The notes below the pieces were generated by a model, which searched no databases, had not been told where the DNA came from, and worked only from the letters and a program-made list of their open reading frames with translations. DNA of 64,000 bases from the NCBI GenBank assembly GCA_910587795.1, contig CAJUNH010000002.1, forward strand, positions 3,346-67,345. Reading direction: 5' to 3'. Both the position numbers and the translations under genes were made by a program. Positions within the stretch are counted from its first letter, which is position 1. Each line of letters opens with the position of its first letter. This document shows positions 48,305 to 57,647 of the stretch, in pieces. This stretch comes from an uncultured Christensenellaceae bacterium (GTDB taxonomy: Bacteria; Bacillota; Clostridia; Christensenellales; CAG-314).

Positions 48305-48467
48305 AACTCCTCCTTAAAAATTTAGGCGCCGAAAAATACTATTTCGACGCCATTGTATTTTTAATTATTTTACCATATGCAAAAATATATGTCACGCATT
48401 TTACATTACGCATTTTAACTTTCGGCAATTTTTGCGCAAAAAAAACCTATTTAATCACAGTATTGTA

Positions 48468-49628
48468 CTAGTATGTTTCCACTCCGCGCTTAAGCCGCGC
48501 AAGACCGTCCGTTAAGCGCGAACGCGGACAAGCCACGTTAAGGCGTATAAACCGTTTGCCGTTGCCTCGGTATTGATTGCCCGCCGTAACGTACAGCCCC
48601 GTAGATTTACGGATATGTTTGCACAGCTTTTCCGCATCGTCCGTTACTGCGCCGCAATCTATCCACATAAGATACGTTGCCTGCTGCGGCACGACTTTAA
48701 GCATAGGTAAATTTTGCCGTACAAACTGACACACCTGCGCGCGGTTATCCCATAAATACTGCCGTAACTCGTCCAGCCAGTCCATACCGCGGGTAAAAGC
48801 CGCGACGGTACCTTCTATTGCAAAGCAGTTGGGTTCGGCAACTTCGTCGCTGTTTAATCCGCGCGTAACCTTTGCGCGCAAATGAGCGTCGGGCACGGCT
48901 ACCGCCGCCGATTGCAGTCCCGGCGTGCTAAACGCCTTACTTGCCGACATACACATAACGCCCACTTGACGGCACTCTGCCGACACGGACAAAAACGGCG
49001 TATATTCTACGTTCGGCGCGGTTAAATCGCAATGAATTTCGTCCGTGATTACCGTAACGCCGTGCTTAAAACACAGCTCGCCGATTTTTGCAAGTTCGCC
49101 GCGAGTCCACACCCGACCTACCGGATTGTGCGGATTGCACAGAATCATAAGCGTAGTAAGAGGGCAGGCAAGTTTACTTTCCAAATCGGCAAAGTCTATA
49201 CCGTATCCGCCGTCGGCGTAAACAAGCTCGTTTTCTAAAACGTGCCTGCCGAAGTTTTCTACCGAGTGAAAAAAAATATCGTAAACGGGAGTTTGAACAA
49301 GCACGTTATCGCCGACGTTTGTCAGCCGTTTTACCATACTGCTTATTGCCGGCACTACGCCGGTGCAAAAACACAGCCACTCGGCGGGGATATCCATACC
49401 GTGACGGTTACGCCACCAGCCGCCGACGGCGTCGTACCACCTTTGGGGCACGGTTGTGTAACCGTAAATACCTTGCCGCGCTCTATCGACTACCGCCTGC
49501 GTAATTTCGGGGGCGGTTGCAAAATCCATATCCGCAACCCACATAGGCAGTTCGGTATCCGCAACGTCCCATTTAAGCGAATCCGTTCCTCTGCGGTTAA
49601 TTTCTGCGTCAAAATTATATTTACCCAT
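48468..49628 (-). CDS. PLP-dependent C-S lyase / aminotransferase class I-II (MalY/PatB type)
   Basis: 386 aa with the PLP-lysine context MSASKAFSTPGL. The N terminus (YNFDAEINRRGTDSLKWD) is typical of the MalY/PatB family. Confidence 0.82.
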   Translation of the reverse strand: MGKYNFDAEINRRGTDSLKWDVADTELPMWVADMDFATAPEITQAVVDRARQGIYGYTTVPQRWYDAVGGWWRNRHGMDIPAEWLCFCTGVVPAISSMVKRLTNVGDNVLVQTPVYDIFFHSVENFGRHVLENELVYADGGYGIDFADLESKLACPLTTLMILCNPHNPVGRVWTRGELAKIGELCFKHGVTVITDEIHCDLTAPNVEYTPFLSVSAECRQVGVMCMSASKAFSTPGLQSAAVAVPDAHLRAKVTRGLNSDEVAEPNCFAIEGTVAAFTRGMDWLDELRQYLWDNRAQVCQFVRQNLPMLKVVPQQATYLMWIDCGAVTDDAEKLCKHIRKSTGLYVTAGNQYRGNGKRFIRLNVACPRSRLTDGLARLKRGVETY

Positions 49629-49631
49629 ACG

Positions 49632-50483
49632 CTAGTCTCCCTGTTTGCGGCAGACGATTTCCGTCTGCGAGCGGTCTATACCGCTATCGTCCAAAGTAAT
49701 TTTGCCTATGCTGTCCGCAACTATACGTCCGCTTAAAGGATTGACGATACTTTGAATATGCCCTACTACGTCCGCATGGACTGTGCAATACTCAAATGCG
49801 CGGTCGGTGTTTGCAAGACGGCAGTTTACCAAAGTTAAATTTTGTATATAGCAAAAGCCTTGCAGACTGTCTACCGTACAATCGACAAGCGTTAGGTTAC
49901 GCGAGTTCCACCCGAAATATTCGCCCGAAATATAGCTGTTGCGTACCGTGATGTTTTGACTGTTCCAAAACGCGTCCTTCGTAATCATTTTACTGTTAGT
50001 AACCGTTACGTTTTGCGCGCCATCAAAAGCATAGTCGCCCACTAAGTCTAATCCGTCCGCTATGACGTCGGCGCAGTTTTTTGCAAAATAGCTGCCGCCC
50101 CCTGCCGTAACTCGGGCAAGACGTACGTCGGTGCAATTCCACAAAGTTTCCGCTGCGTTTGTAAAAGTTATGTCTGTAAGATTTATATGCGACGAACGGC
50201 GGAAATTTTTAGGCGAATCGATTACGGAACGGCTAATTTTGATTCCGTCGGTGTACCAAATGCCAGCGCGTGCGGTTTCTGCAAAACGGCTGTCGGCAAC
50301 GCAAACGTTTTTTCCGTACCATAAGGGATACTTCCACTTAAAATCGCAATTATTAACCGTAATATTGCAGCACTCCTTTAAAGGCGATTCGCCGTCGGCA
50401 AAGGTACAGTCCGTAACGTTTAAGTCGGTCTGTTTAAAGAGGGCGCGTTCGCCCGTAAACAAATTGTTAGATACTGTTTTCAT
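49632..50483 (-). CDS. DUF3737-like beta-helix protein
   Basis: Start set at MKTVSNNLFTGERALF because a terminator and a promoter occupy the upstream part of the longer ORF. The sequence has repetitive ..C.F..GESPLKE...KYPLWY.. beta-helix turns. The gene ends 3 nt before the PatB-like gene. Confidence 0.55.
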   Translation of the reverse strand: MKTVSNNLFTGERALFKQTDLNVTDCTFADGESPLKECCNITVNNCDFKWKYPLWYGKNVCVADSRFAETARAGIWYTDGIKISRSVIDSPKNFRRSSHINLTDITFTNAAETLWNCTDVRLARVTAGGGSYFAKNCADVIADGLDLVGDYAFDGAQNVTVTNSKMITKDAFWNSQNITVRNSYISGEYFGWNSRNLTLVDCTVDSLQGFCYIQNLTLVNCRLANTDRAFEYCTVHADVVGHIQSIVNPLSGRIVADSIGKITLDDSGIDRSQTEIVCRKQGD

Positions 50484-50489
50484 AGTCAT

Positions 50490-50518
50490 ATTGTAACACA
50501 ATGCGACATAATAGGCAA
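50490..50518 (-). promoter_or_regulatory. Promoter (TTGCCT-17 nt-TGtTACAAT) placing the transcription start on an ATG (leaderless candidate)
   Basis: On the minus strand, TTGCCT spans 50518-50513 and TACAAT spans 50495-50490. The ATG at 50483 lies 7 nt downstream, and there is no SD sequence. Confidence 0.5.
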
Positions 50519-50523
50519 GTACA

Positions 50524-50558
50524 GCAAAAAGGCTTAACTCGTATCGGTTAAGCCTTTT
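50524..50558 (-). terminator. Terminator after the Cys/His-module lipoprotein gene
   Basis: AAAAGGCTTAAC-8 nt-GTTAAGCCTTTT followed by a U tract on the minus strand. Confidence 0.7.
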
Positions 50559-50589
50559 CAATACTATGTTTGTTATTTAACCATATAGA

Positions 50590-51636
50590 TTATGCGTAAA
50601 CAACGGTAATGCTTGCAATTCTTCTATGTCCGCTTGTTCCGCCGATTGTAAACGTTACGCTTTCGGCGCTGCCCGTCCAAACGTCGGTAGTAAACGTTCC
50701 AACGTCTACGGTTATTTCGTTACCCTTATCGTATTGAGCATAAGTAAACGCAATATACTTAATCGTGCCTTGCGCTGCGGAAATTGTAATTGTGTTTCCG
50801 CTGTACAGTCTTAAACTTTCGGTAAAATATTTAGGACCGTTGGCAGTGTTTGAACCTTGTCCGCAAGTTGCTGAAATTACGCCGTCTATTGCAAAATCAG
50901 TTGCCGGAACAGCGCCTTCCGTACCCGTACCGCCTTTTCCTGCCAAACTGATATCCGCCGTTGTTCCTTCGGGCATTTCGGGAGGATTTGGATCGGGTTT
51001 TTCTTCGCCTCCGGGATTATCTCCGCCTGCGGGAGGCGTCGTGCCGGGGTTGCCGCCGCCGGAGGGTTTTGCCGCACCGCAGCTTGTGCATTTATCGTTG
51101 CCGCCCCACACGTGTGCGCCCGCATTGATATCAGGCTTATCGCAGCCGGACACACCGCAATGCTGCTTGTGCGTTCCGTCGCCGTTATCTACCCATTGAT
51201 AGCTGTGATTGTGAGTAGGATCGGTGTTTCCGCCTTGATTTCCGCCGACGTAAACAGCGTGCGATACCGTTACGATTTCTCCGCCCAGCTTAATGGGGGC
51301 GTCCTTTTCGTCCACAAGCGTGCCCGTTAAAATATATGCAGTAACATCGGCAGGTACTGTAACGCCGACTTTATTCTCTATAGTACTAAAAGTGATTTTA
51401 TCGTTATCGGCAGTCCACCTGATTTTACAAGAGACTTCTTCGCCCTTTTCGTTAATAAAGCTTATTGTGTTATCCAACGAATAAGACGCGCCCACCGCCT
51501 TAGAATATTGCGCGTCCATTTTATCGCGCAGCAGACCGATACTGAAATCGTCCAAGCCGTTACAGCCGACAAGTACAGTCAAACATACCGCAGCCAACAT
51601 TGCTGCCAGTACAATTAGCGAAAGTTTTCTTTTCAT
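50590..51636 (-). CDS. Hypothetical lipoprotein with a Cys/His-rich module and a Gly/Pro linker
   Basis: Start at MKRKLSLIVLAAMLAAVCLTVLVGC (lipobox), with AGAGGTGA upstream. The central module reads HNHSYQWVDNGDGTHKQHCGVSGCDKPDINAGAHVWGGNDKCTSCG, followed by a GGNPGTTPPAGGDNPGGEEKPDPNPPE linker. Confidence 0.6.
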   Translation of the reverse strand: MKRKLSLIVLAAMLAAVCLTVLVGCNGLDDFSIGLLRDKMDAQYSKAVGASYSLDNTISFINEKGEEVSCKIRWTADNDKITFSTIENKVGVTVPADVTAYILTGTLVDEKDAPIKLGGEIVTVSHAVYVGGNQGGNTDPTHNHSYQWVDNGDGTHKQHCGVSGCDKPDINAGAHVWGGNDKCTSCGAAKPSGGGNPGTTPPAGGDNPGGEEKPDPNPPEMPEGTTADISLAGKGGTGTEGAVPATDFAIDGVISATCGQGSNTANGPKYFTESLRLYSGNTITISAAQGTIKYIAFTYAQYDKGNEITVDVGTFTTDVWTGSAESVTFTIGGTSGHRRIASITVVYA

Positions 51637-51744
51637 ACCGCTCACCTCTAAAAATAAATAATTTCGATGTGCGCCCGACCGTTATAAGCATTTGGACTAC
51701 GCATCTTTTTGCAGAAAAATTTGCTTAAAATATCCTGTATTTCT

Positions 51745-51773
51745 ATTATATCACCGATATATAAGATAATCAA
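51745..51773 (-). promoter_or_regulatory. Promoter (TTGATT-17 nt-TGaTATAAT) for the 50590-51636 gene
   Basis: On the minus strand, TTGATT spans 51773-51768 and TATAAT spans 51750-51745, with TG at -15/-14. Confidence 0.55.
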
Positions 51774-52202
51774 TAGGGTTATGAAAATTTTTCAGTCTGT
51801 TTTCTAAAAATAATTCTACGTTTTTTTTACTTTTTTCGGCACAAGATTTGCAAAACATAATCGTAACGATAAAACCATACCGTTATCGAACTCTGCAAGC
51901 AGAATAAACATATCTTGCACGGTTTTGCCGCATTCCGCCGTTTTACGCGCTTTTAAACCAACTCCGTATAATGCGCAGTCAGCACTATTTCCGCTTTATA
52001 AACGGTGGTTTTAAATTACTGTATGCATACGTAAAACGAAAACAGACGTTCAAAACCGTACAAATAAAATAAAGTTTGTCATAAAAAACATTGTTTTTAA
52101 ATTACACCGTAAAATCTTGCAGGGTAAAACACTGTATGTTTTAGCGAAAACTGTTTTTTACACGCATTAATAATTTTTGCTGCCGAACAAAAAAACCGCT
52201 TA

Positions 52203-52240
52203 AATACAAAAACAACCAAGCGCAGGGCTTGGCTGTTTTG
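52203..52240 (-). terminator. Terminator closing the nuclease/ABC operon
   Basis: CAAAACAGCCAAGC-CCUGC-GCUUGGUUGUUUUUG on the minus strand. The single A-C mismatch on the plus strand is a G-U pair on the minus strand. Confidence 0.65.
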
Positions 52241-52415
52241 TACATTTAATAAACACATAAAATTATCAATCTGCAAACTTTATTGTGACAGAATCGATTT
52301 TATTACCGTAACTGTCCCCGTCTTCAATAAAGATGACCTTAAAGCCGCCTGTTTTGATAATAGCTTGCGCGGTATGTTCTTAACGGTATCAGCGTTTAGA
52401 ACAGTTTTAAGCGCA

Positions 52416-54848
52416 TTAAGCTTTGGCAGTTACTTCCGCAAGATAAGCAGGGAATACTTTTGCTTCCGTTGCGTTTGCACCGGTACGGAAACTGAATGTT
52501 GTAAAGGTTTTGTCCTTTTGCGTTCCCAGGCAAACGGACGTTGTTTCGTCAATTTTAATAACCATACTGTCTGCGGTTATAGTCCAAACGTTATATGTCT
52601 TAGCTTCTGCCTTAGGATCCTCCGGCGTACCGTTTGAACTGCCTACTTTGCCGCCGATGTTGACGTTGCTGTAAGTTCCGGAACGTGTTACGCCAAGGTA
52701 AAGTTTTGTTTCGCCGTCTTTGAAGTAAAGTTTTACTCCGCCGTCAACCTTTTCTACAAAGATATCGCTTGCCTTGTCGGCATCTTGAGTAGAATCGAGA
52801 TAGAAACCGTTAAATTTTCCAACGGCAAACAACGTTTTATTCGCCTTGTTTTGATCCATAACAAGCTTATAAGCTTTGGTTGTGCTTAAATTCGCCGTAT
52901 CTGCTTTTGTAATCGTATAAAGAGAAGCCTTAACTGTAACCGTAAACGTTTCGGTTGCGCTTTCCGCTCCGCACGTAATAGTTGCTTTAAGAGTAATTGT
53001 TGTGTCTGTTTCGGGAAGTGTGTTTACAACCAACTTGCCGCCTTTTATTTCGGCAAAAGCTACTTTGCCTACGATTTCCCAAGTTATAGCAGCCGTAGTA
53101 AACGTAGAGCCGTTTGCTCTAAGTTCAATCGTACCGCCGGCTTTGGAAATTTCCTTGGAGGGCAGGGTAAGAGTGTTCTTTTCCGCTTCGACAATTTCTT
53201 TATCGGTCATCTTTTGAGACTCTATCGCAAAGAATACGCTTGTTGTGTAGTCTCCGTGCTTGATGTCGACCTGAACGTTGACTTGTTCGTGTTTAGCAGG
53301 TGTGATTGTAAATTTACTGCCTTCAAGTTTTACGGCGTTGGATACCGAGCAAAGCTTGTATGTTAACGTTGCTCCGTCTTCGGCTGTCGGCAGCGTAACT
53401 TCCTTGTCGGCAGTTACAATGCCCTTTAAGCCTTCCGTTCCTAACGCTGCTACAAGTTTATCGTATGCCGCGCCGACCTTTGTTCCGTCGTAAACCGTAC
53501 CTGCGGGGTCTGCCGTACCGGCTTTAACGTCGTTTACGCTGCGGGGAAGAATTTGGATACCGTTTGTAGAAGCGGTCGTTTTACCGTCATCATAGTAACT
53601 TAAAATACCCGTTACGCTTACTACGTCGCCTGCTTTATAAGTTTTGCAGAGATTAGCGATTGCTTTTCCGGCGTCGTCAAAGTCGCTGCCTGTATGTTGA
53701 TAGAAGGAAGCCATATACTTAGACGTGCTAACCGCAACGTCTTTTCCGCCCTTTGTTAAGATAAGCGCAGCTGTTTTGCCGCTCGTATCGGGGGTGGAAG
53801 CAACGCTCTTAACCGTCCAGTTGGTTAAAGATACAAGCGTACCTGTATGGCGTCTTTCTGCGGGGCTGCCTGCAAGCACGTCGTTATCGATAGAGTAAAT
53901 CAATTCGTCGATATTAACCGTCTTGGAAGAATCTATTGTCCAAGTTGCATTGCCTGCGTTTGTAGTTTCGTACAATCCGTTATACAAACCATTAACTTTA
54001 CCGCTGATTTCCATATAAACGCCGGGAACAATCTTATTTGCCTCATCTTGATTGTTTTCGCCGATATCAAGACGGTAAACGTAGTAACCTGCATTCTTTT
54101 CTTCGTCTAAAAGATAGAAAGAAATGAATTTGTCGTACTTAGGATACGCTTCTGCTATTGCAACTACGTAACCTTTTAAGTCGCGGCCTACGCCTGTATT
54201 GTTATACCAGTAATCAATTTCTTCGAGGTGAGATCTTTGGATAGAAACGGTAAACTTAAAGCGACGGTCAGCCGTTCCTCCTTTATAGGAGAATGTTGCC
54301 ATAATTTCAACTTCGGGATTTAAACTGGAAGGATAAACGACGCACTGTCCGTTTTTAACTTCGATATAATCCTTATGCGCATCGTTAGGAACACTCCAAG
54401 TTATATCAGCTTTTTTTCCTTGATATTCAAAAGAACCGTCAAGATTAAAACTTTCTACAACTATCATATCTTTTTTTGCAAAGATATATTCGTCGGCGAT
54501 ATCGTCTACGATTAATGGATTAACTTTAACCGTAAACGTCCTACTTGCGTTTTTATACGAAACGGTAAGATTAACTTTTACCTGATCATCTTCAGGGAAA
54601 GTAATTTTAGCCACATAAGCGGAGCCGTCAGCTGTTTTTTCCAACTTTACAGCTTCGTTATCCGATGTCCATGTGACGTTCTTACCGCCTACCGTTGCAG
54701 GAAGTTCGAACTCGGTTGCTACTGCCTTACCGTCATTTTCAAAAACAATGCTTTTGAGAACGTCTTCGGCATCGCCGTTACAAGCAGTTAAGCAAACACC
54801 GCAAACCATTACTAAAAGCAGTAACAGTCCAATAAGTCTTTTTTTCAT
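52416..54848 (-). CDS. 810-aa lipoprotein with Ig-like repeats and OB-fold-like core modules
   Basis: Lipobox CLTAC, with AAGGAGAA upstream. Repeated LP..V.G..VTW.S.N-type Ig-like segments are present. The central segments KGYVVAIAEAY...FYLLDEEKNAGYYVY and GTLVSLTNWTVKSV...ALILTKGGKDVAV resemble the OB modules of extracellular nucleases. Confidence 0.55.
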   Translation of the reverse strand: MKKRLIGLLLLLVMVCGVCLTACNGDAEDVLKSIVFENDGKAVATEFELPATVGGKNVTWTSDNEAVKLEKTADGSAYVAKITFPEDDQVKVNLTVSYKNASRTFTVKVNPLIVDDIADEYIFAKKDMIVVESFNLDGSFEYQGKKADITWSVPNDAHKDYIEVKNGQCVVYPSSLNPEVEIMATFSYKGGTADRRFKFTVSIQRSHLEEIDYWYNNTGVGRDLKGYVVAIAEAYPKYDKFISFYLLDEEKNAGYYVYRLDIGENNQDEANKIVPGVYMEISGKVNGLYNGLYETTNAGNATWTIDSSKTVNIDELIYSIDNDVLAGSPAERRHTGTLVSLTNWTVKSVASTPDTSGKTAALILTKGGKDVAVSTSKYMASFYQHTGSDFDDAGKAIANLCKTYKAGDVVSVTGILSYYDDGKTTASTNGIQILPRSVNDVKAGTADPAGTVYDGTKVGAAYDKLVAALGTEGLKGIVTADKEVTLPTAEDGATLTYKLCSVSNAVKLEGSKFTITPAKHEQVNVQVDIKHGDYTTSVFFAIESQKMTDKEIVEAEKNTLTLPSKEISKAGGTIELRANGSTFTTAAITWEIVGKVAFAEIKGGKLVVNTLPETDTTITLKATITCGAESATETFTVTVKASLYTITKADTANLSTTKAYKLVMDQNKANKTLFAVGKFNGFYLDSTQDADKASDIFVEKVDGGVKLYFKDGETKLYLGVTRSGTYSNVNIGGKVGSSNGTPEDPKAEAKTYNVWTITADSMVIKIDETTSVCLGTQKDKTFTTFSFRTGANATEAKVFPAYLAEVTAKA

Positions 54849-54862
54849 TTTTTTTCTCCTTT

Positions 54863-56131
54863 TTATTTTATTGCTATATTGCTATAGTCCAAAATTGTAA
54901 TTTCTCCCGAGTCTTTAACAAGCTGCAAACCCGTAAGGCTAAGTACGCTGCCTACACCGATTTGATTGTTATAATTAGCGGGAGCTTTAACGGTAAAGGT
55001 AAACGTCTTTTCGTCGTCCTTAACTCCGTTGGCAATGCGCTGTTTTGCTGTGCCTTTAAATGTAATAACTCCGTTATTTACGGAAACTTCCGTAACGGTC
55101 ACGTTAGTGTACAGCACATCGGATAATTGCATGATAAACGCTTTTTGGGAGTCGAATATCATATAATAATTGCGCTGCGTCACCGTCGTTTCGCCTTCTA
55201 CGGGTATAAACGCCCCGTAAGACAGACCTGAAACTTGGAACGATCCGTTGTACTTTTGTATATTACCGATAATATGGTACATGTGACCGATTTTAAGCTT
55301 AGATACGGAAGAAGAGCTGTAACCGGCGTACACGTTGATGGAATACGTCTTGCCTGTTTCCGGTTCGTACTGCAAAGCGGTAAACGTATACGTATCGCTT
55401 GGAGATACTCTTAAATCGGTTATATACGCAGTAAATTCGACCTTTGCGCCCACATCCGTTTCCGGAATGTAAAATAATTCGTTATTTTCGATAAATTCCT
55501 TAATAGTCATTGGGATAGGATCGTTTGAATACATCGGGTCTTCCAAATCGGAATATATGCGGAGCTTGATCGATTGTGCAAATACGTTTGCCTTTTTAAA
55601 ATATTCGTTATAAGGGTACGAAGACGTGTTATCGCCCTTATTTGCCGAAAAACCGTTTTCTACTACTTCGAGATTGAGGTTTTTAAAATCGTGATCCGCC
55701 GTTTTATACCAAACGTAGCCTAAATAACGGGTGCCGTAGCTGTCCTTAACAGCTTTGGGTTCGGTTGCTTCCAAAACAACTTCCGTTGCCTGCGACAATC
55801 TGTCTTCCACAAATTTTGAAGCGGCTTTTCCCCATTTTTCTACGTTTCCCGTGCTTTCGGGCGTATCTATTTGGTAGTAGCGGATACTGACTATAGTACC
55901 TTGTACAAGCTTAAAACGCGTTGTATCTCCGTCGGTATAAGAATCGACGGTTGCAAGTCCTACTCCGTCGTCCAGGAAGGACTTGCCCTCATAATTTTTA
56001 TTTAATTTTAGCGTGGATGTTATTTTGTCGTAGTATTGCGTATTGTCCGCCACTTCATTACACGCTATAAGCCCGAATAAACAGGCGCAGGCAATAGACA
56101 AAATAATTATTATGCTAAATATTTTTTTCAT
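54863..56131 (-). CDS. Staphylococcal-nuclease (SNase/thermonuclease) family lipoprotein with an OB-like C-terminal domain
   Basis: Lipobox GLIAC. The alignment with SNase is DGDT / IRYYQIDTPES (SNase RLLLVDTPE) / KWGKAASKFVEDRL (KYGPEASAFTKKMV) / DSYGTRYLGYVWY (DKYGRGLAYIY) / NLEVVENGFS (NEALVRQGLA). Confidence 0.82.
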   Translation of the reverse strand: MKKIFSIIIILSIACACLFGLIACNEVADNTQYYDKITSTLKLNKNYEGKSFLDDGVGLATVDSYTDGDTTRFKLVQGTIVSIRYYQIDTPESTGNVEKWGKAASKFVEDRLSQATEVVLEATEPKAVKDSYGTRYLGYVWYKTADHDFKNLNLEVVENGFSANKGDNTSSYPYNEYFKKANVFAQSIKLRIYSDLEDPMYSNDPIPMTIKEFIENNELFYIPETDVGAKVEFTAYITDLRVSPSDTYTFTALQYEPETGKTYSINVYAGYSSSSVSKLKIGHMYHIIGNIQKYNGSFQVSGLSYGAFIPVEGETTVTQRNYYMIFDSQKAFIMQLSDVLYTNVTVTEVSVNNGVITFKGTAKQRIANGVKDDEKTFTFTVKAPANYNNQIGVGSVLSLTGLQLVKDSGEITILDYSNIAIK

Positions 56132-56164
56132 TAATATTTCCGTCCGTTAAATTATTTGTTTAAA

Positions 56165-57568
56165 TCAGTTGACGTTGTTACCGCCGCAGTTCTTCAATGC
56201 GTCTCTCAGCGCTTTTGCACCGTCTTTTTCCTGCTTGAGTACAAACACAATAACGTTTCCTACCTGAGTACGTGCTTCGGATGAACCGATAAACGCGGGA
56301 GAGGTAAAGTACTGATCTGTAATAGACGTTGCGATTTTTGCCGAAATAGCTGTGATTTCGGAATCGTTACCCAAAAATTCCTGATAATCGGGAAGGTCGA
56401 TTGCCGATTGAATACAGGGGTTATAACCTTGCAATTTAGCTACGGACGCTTGGTAAGCGGCGTCATACAGTTCTTTCATAAACATAAACGTCATCTTTGC
56501 TTTTGCGTCGGGGTCGGATGCTTGATCGTTTTTAAGCATAACGAGAGAAGGACCTTGAGAAATAACTTTGTTGCTTATCGTTCCGTCTTCGAGTTTGCTG
56601 CCGGGCAATGCGGAAACGCCCCAGTTAAATGCCGTAGTAGCTTGGTTTTTAGCTCCGCCGGAAGAACCTATGCAGTAAACCGCGCCGCCGGCATTGTCGT
56701 TAACGCCTTTTTTAAACAGGTTAGACGTATACGAACCGTAAATAGTTTGAGTTGTAACGTATCCCAGCTTAGCCTTGTCTTGAAGAGTATCAAGCCATGC
56801 CGCAGCCTTGTCGTTGCTGAACAAATAGTGCTTGTCGTTATCCGTACTGGTATATCCCCAACCTTGTCTTTCCGATTCGGTAATAAACCAGTTGGATTCG
56901 CTGTCGTAACCCAAAACGGTTGCCGTGGGGAATTTCTTTTTGAGAATAGGAGCTTGTTCCCACAATTCGTCCCAAGTTTTAGCAGGCTGCAAACCGCAAG
57001 CGTCCAAAGCGTCCTTGTTGTAGAACAGCAACTCTGTCGACTTAACAAACGGAAGGGTGAGCATGGAGTTTTCGTTATAACCGTATGTTTCGTAATTACT
57101 GAACATTGTTGCTTTACCTTCTTCGTAGTAGGAAGGAATAAAGTCTGCAATTTGTTCCGCCGTCATACCGAGAGTATATTCTTTGTCGCCGTTTTCGCCG
57201 CCCTTAATAACCTCTGTGGAAGTCATCATCGTGCTAAGGTCTACAACCTTTTGCGTGGGCATATAAAGCGCTACGTGGTCGGGATAGCAGTATGCCAAGT
57301 CGGGTTGAGATTGTCCCTGCAAGTCCTGAACAATCTTTTTTCTAACTTCGTCGTAGCCGCCGGGCTGTTGGTGGTCTACCTTCCAACCGGGAAACTTGTC
57401 TTCAAAAGTTTTAATGACCGTTGCAGTATACTTTTGCAAATCGTCGTTTTGTGTGGAATAGAAGACAATGGTATGATCATAGTCCACTCTCTCACAAGAC
57501 GCGAGCAAAGCTACGCCGCAAGTCAAAACTATAACTAATACCAACAAACTTGTAATTAGTTTTTTCAT
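56165..57568 (-). CDS. Extracellular solute-binding lipoprotein (family 1, sugar/CUT1 type)
   Basis: Lipobox LLASC, 467 aa, with AAGGAGAA upstream. It follows the permease genes. Confidence 0.78.
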   Translation of the reverse strand: MKKLITSLLVLVIVLTCGVALLASCERVDYDHTIVFYSTQNDDLQKYTATVIKTFEDKFPGWKVDHQQPGGYDEVRKKIVQDLQGQSQPDLAYCYPDHVALYMPTQKVVDLSTMMTSTEVIKGGENGDKEYTLGMTAEQIADFIPSYYEEGKATMFSNYETYGYNENSMLTLPFVKSTELLFYNKDALDACGLQPAKTWDELWEQAPILKKKFPTATVLGYDSESNWFITESERQGWGYTSTDNDKHYLFSNDKAAAWLDTLQDKAKLGYVTTQTIYGSYTSNLFKKGVNDNAGGAVYCIGSSGGAKNQATTAFNWGVSALPGSKLEDGTISNKVISQGPSLVMLKNDQASDPDAKAKMTFMFMKELYDAAYQASVAKLQGYNPCIQSAIDLPDYQEFLGNDSEITAISAKIATSITDQYFTSPAFIGSSEARTQVGNVIVFVLKQEKDGAKALRDALKNCGGNNVN

Positions 57569-57647
57569 AATTTCTCCTTTTTATGTTTTTATTTAATTAT
57601 TACGCATTGCCGCGCAAAAATTTACAATATAGAAAAAGTTTTTAATA

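Noticed and set aside
52269-52379. 37-codon protein-like open frame (EHTAQAIIKTGGFKVIFIEDGDSYGNKIDSVTIKFAD) just downstream of the 810-aa lipoprotein gene
   Set aside because: It has no start codon or RBS and is bounded by stops. It may be a relic of a former C-terminal module, but it is too short to support any call.
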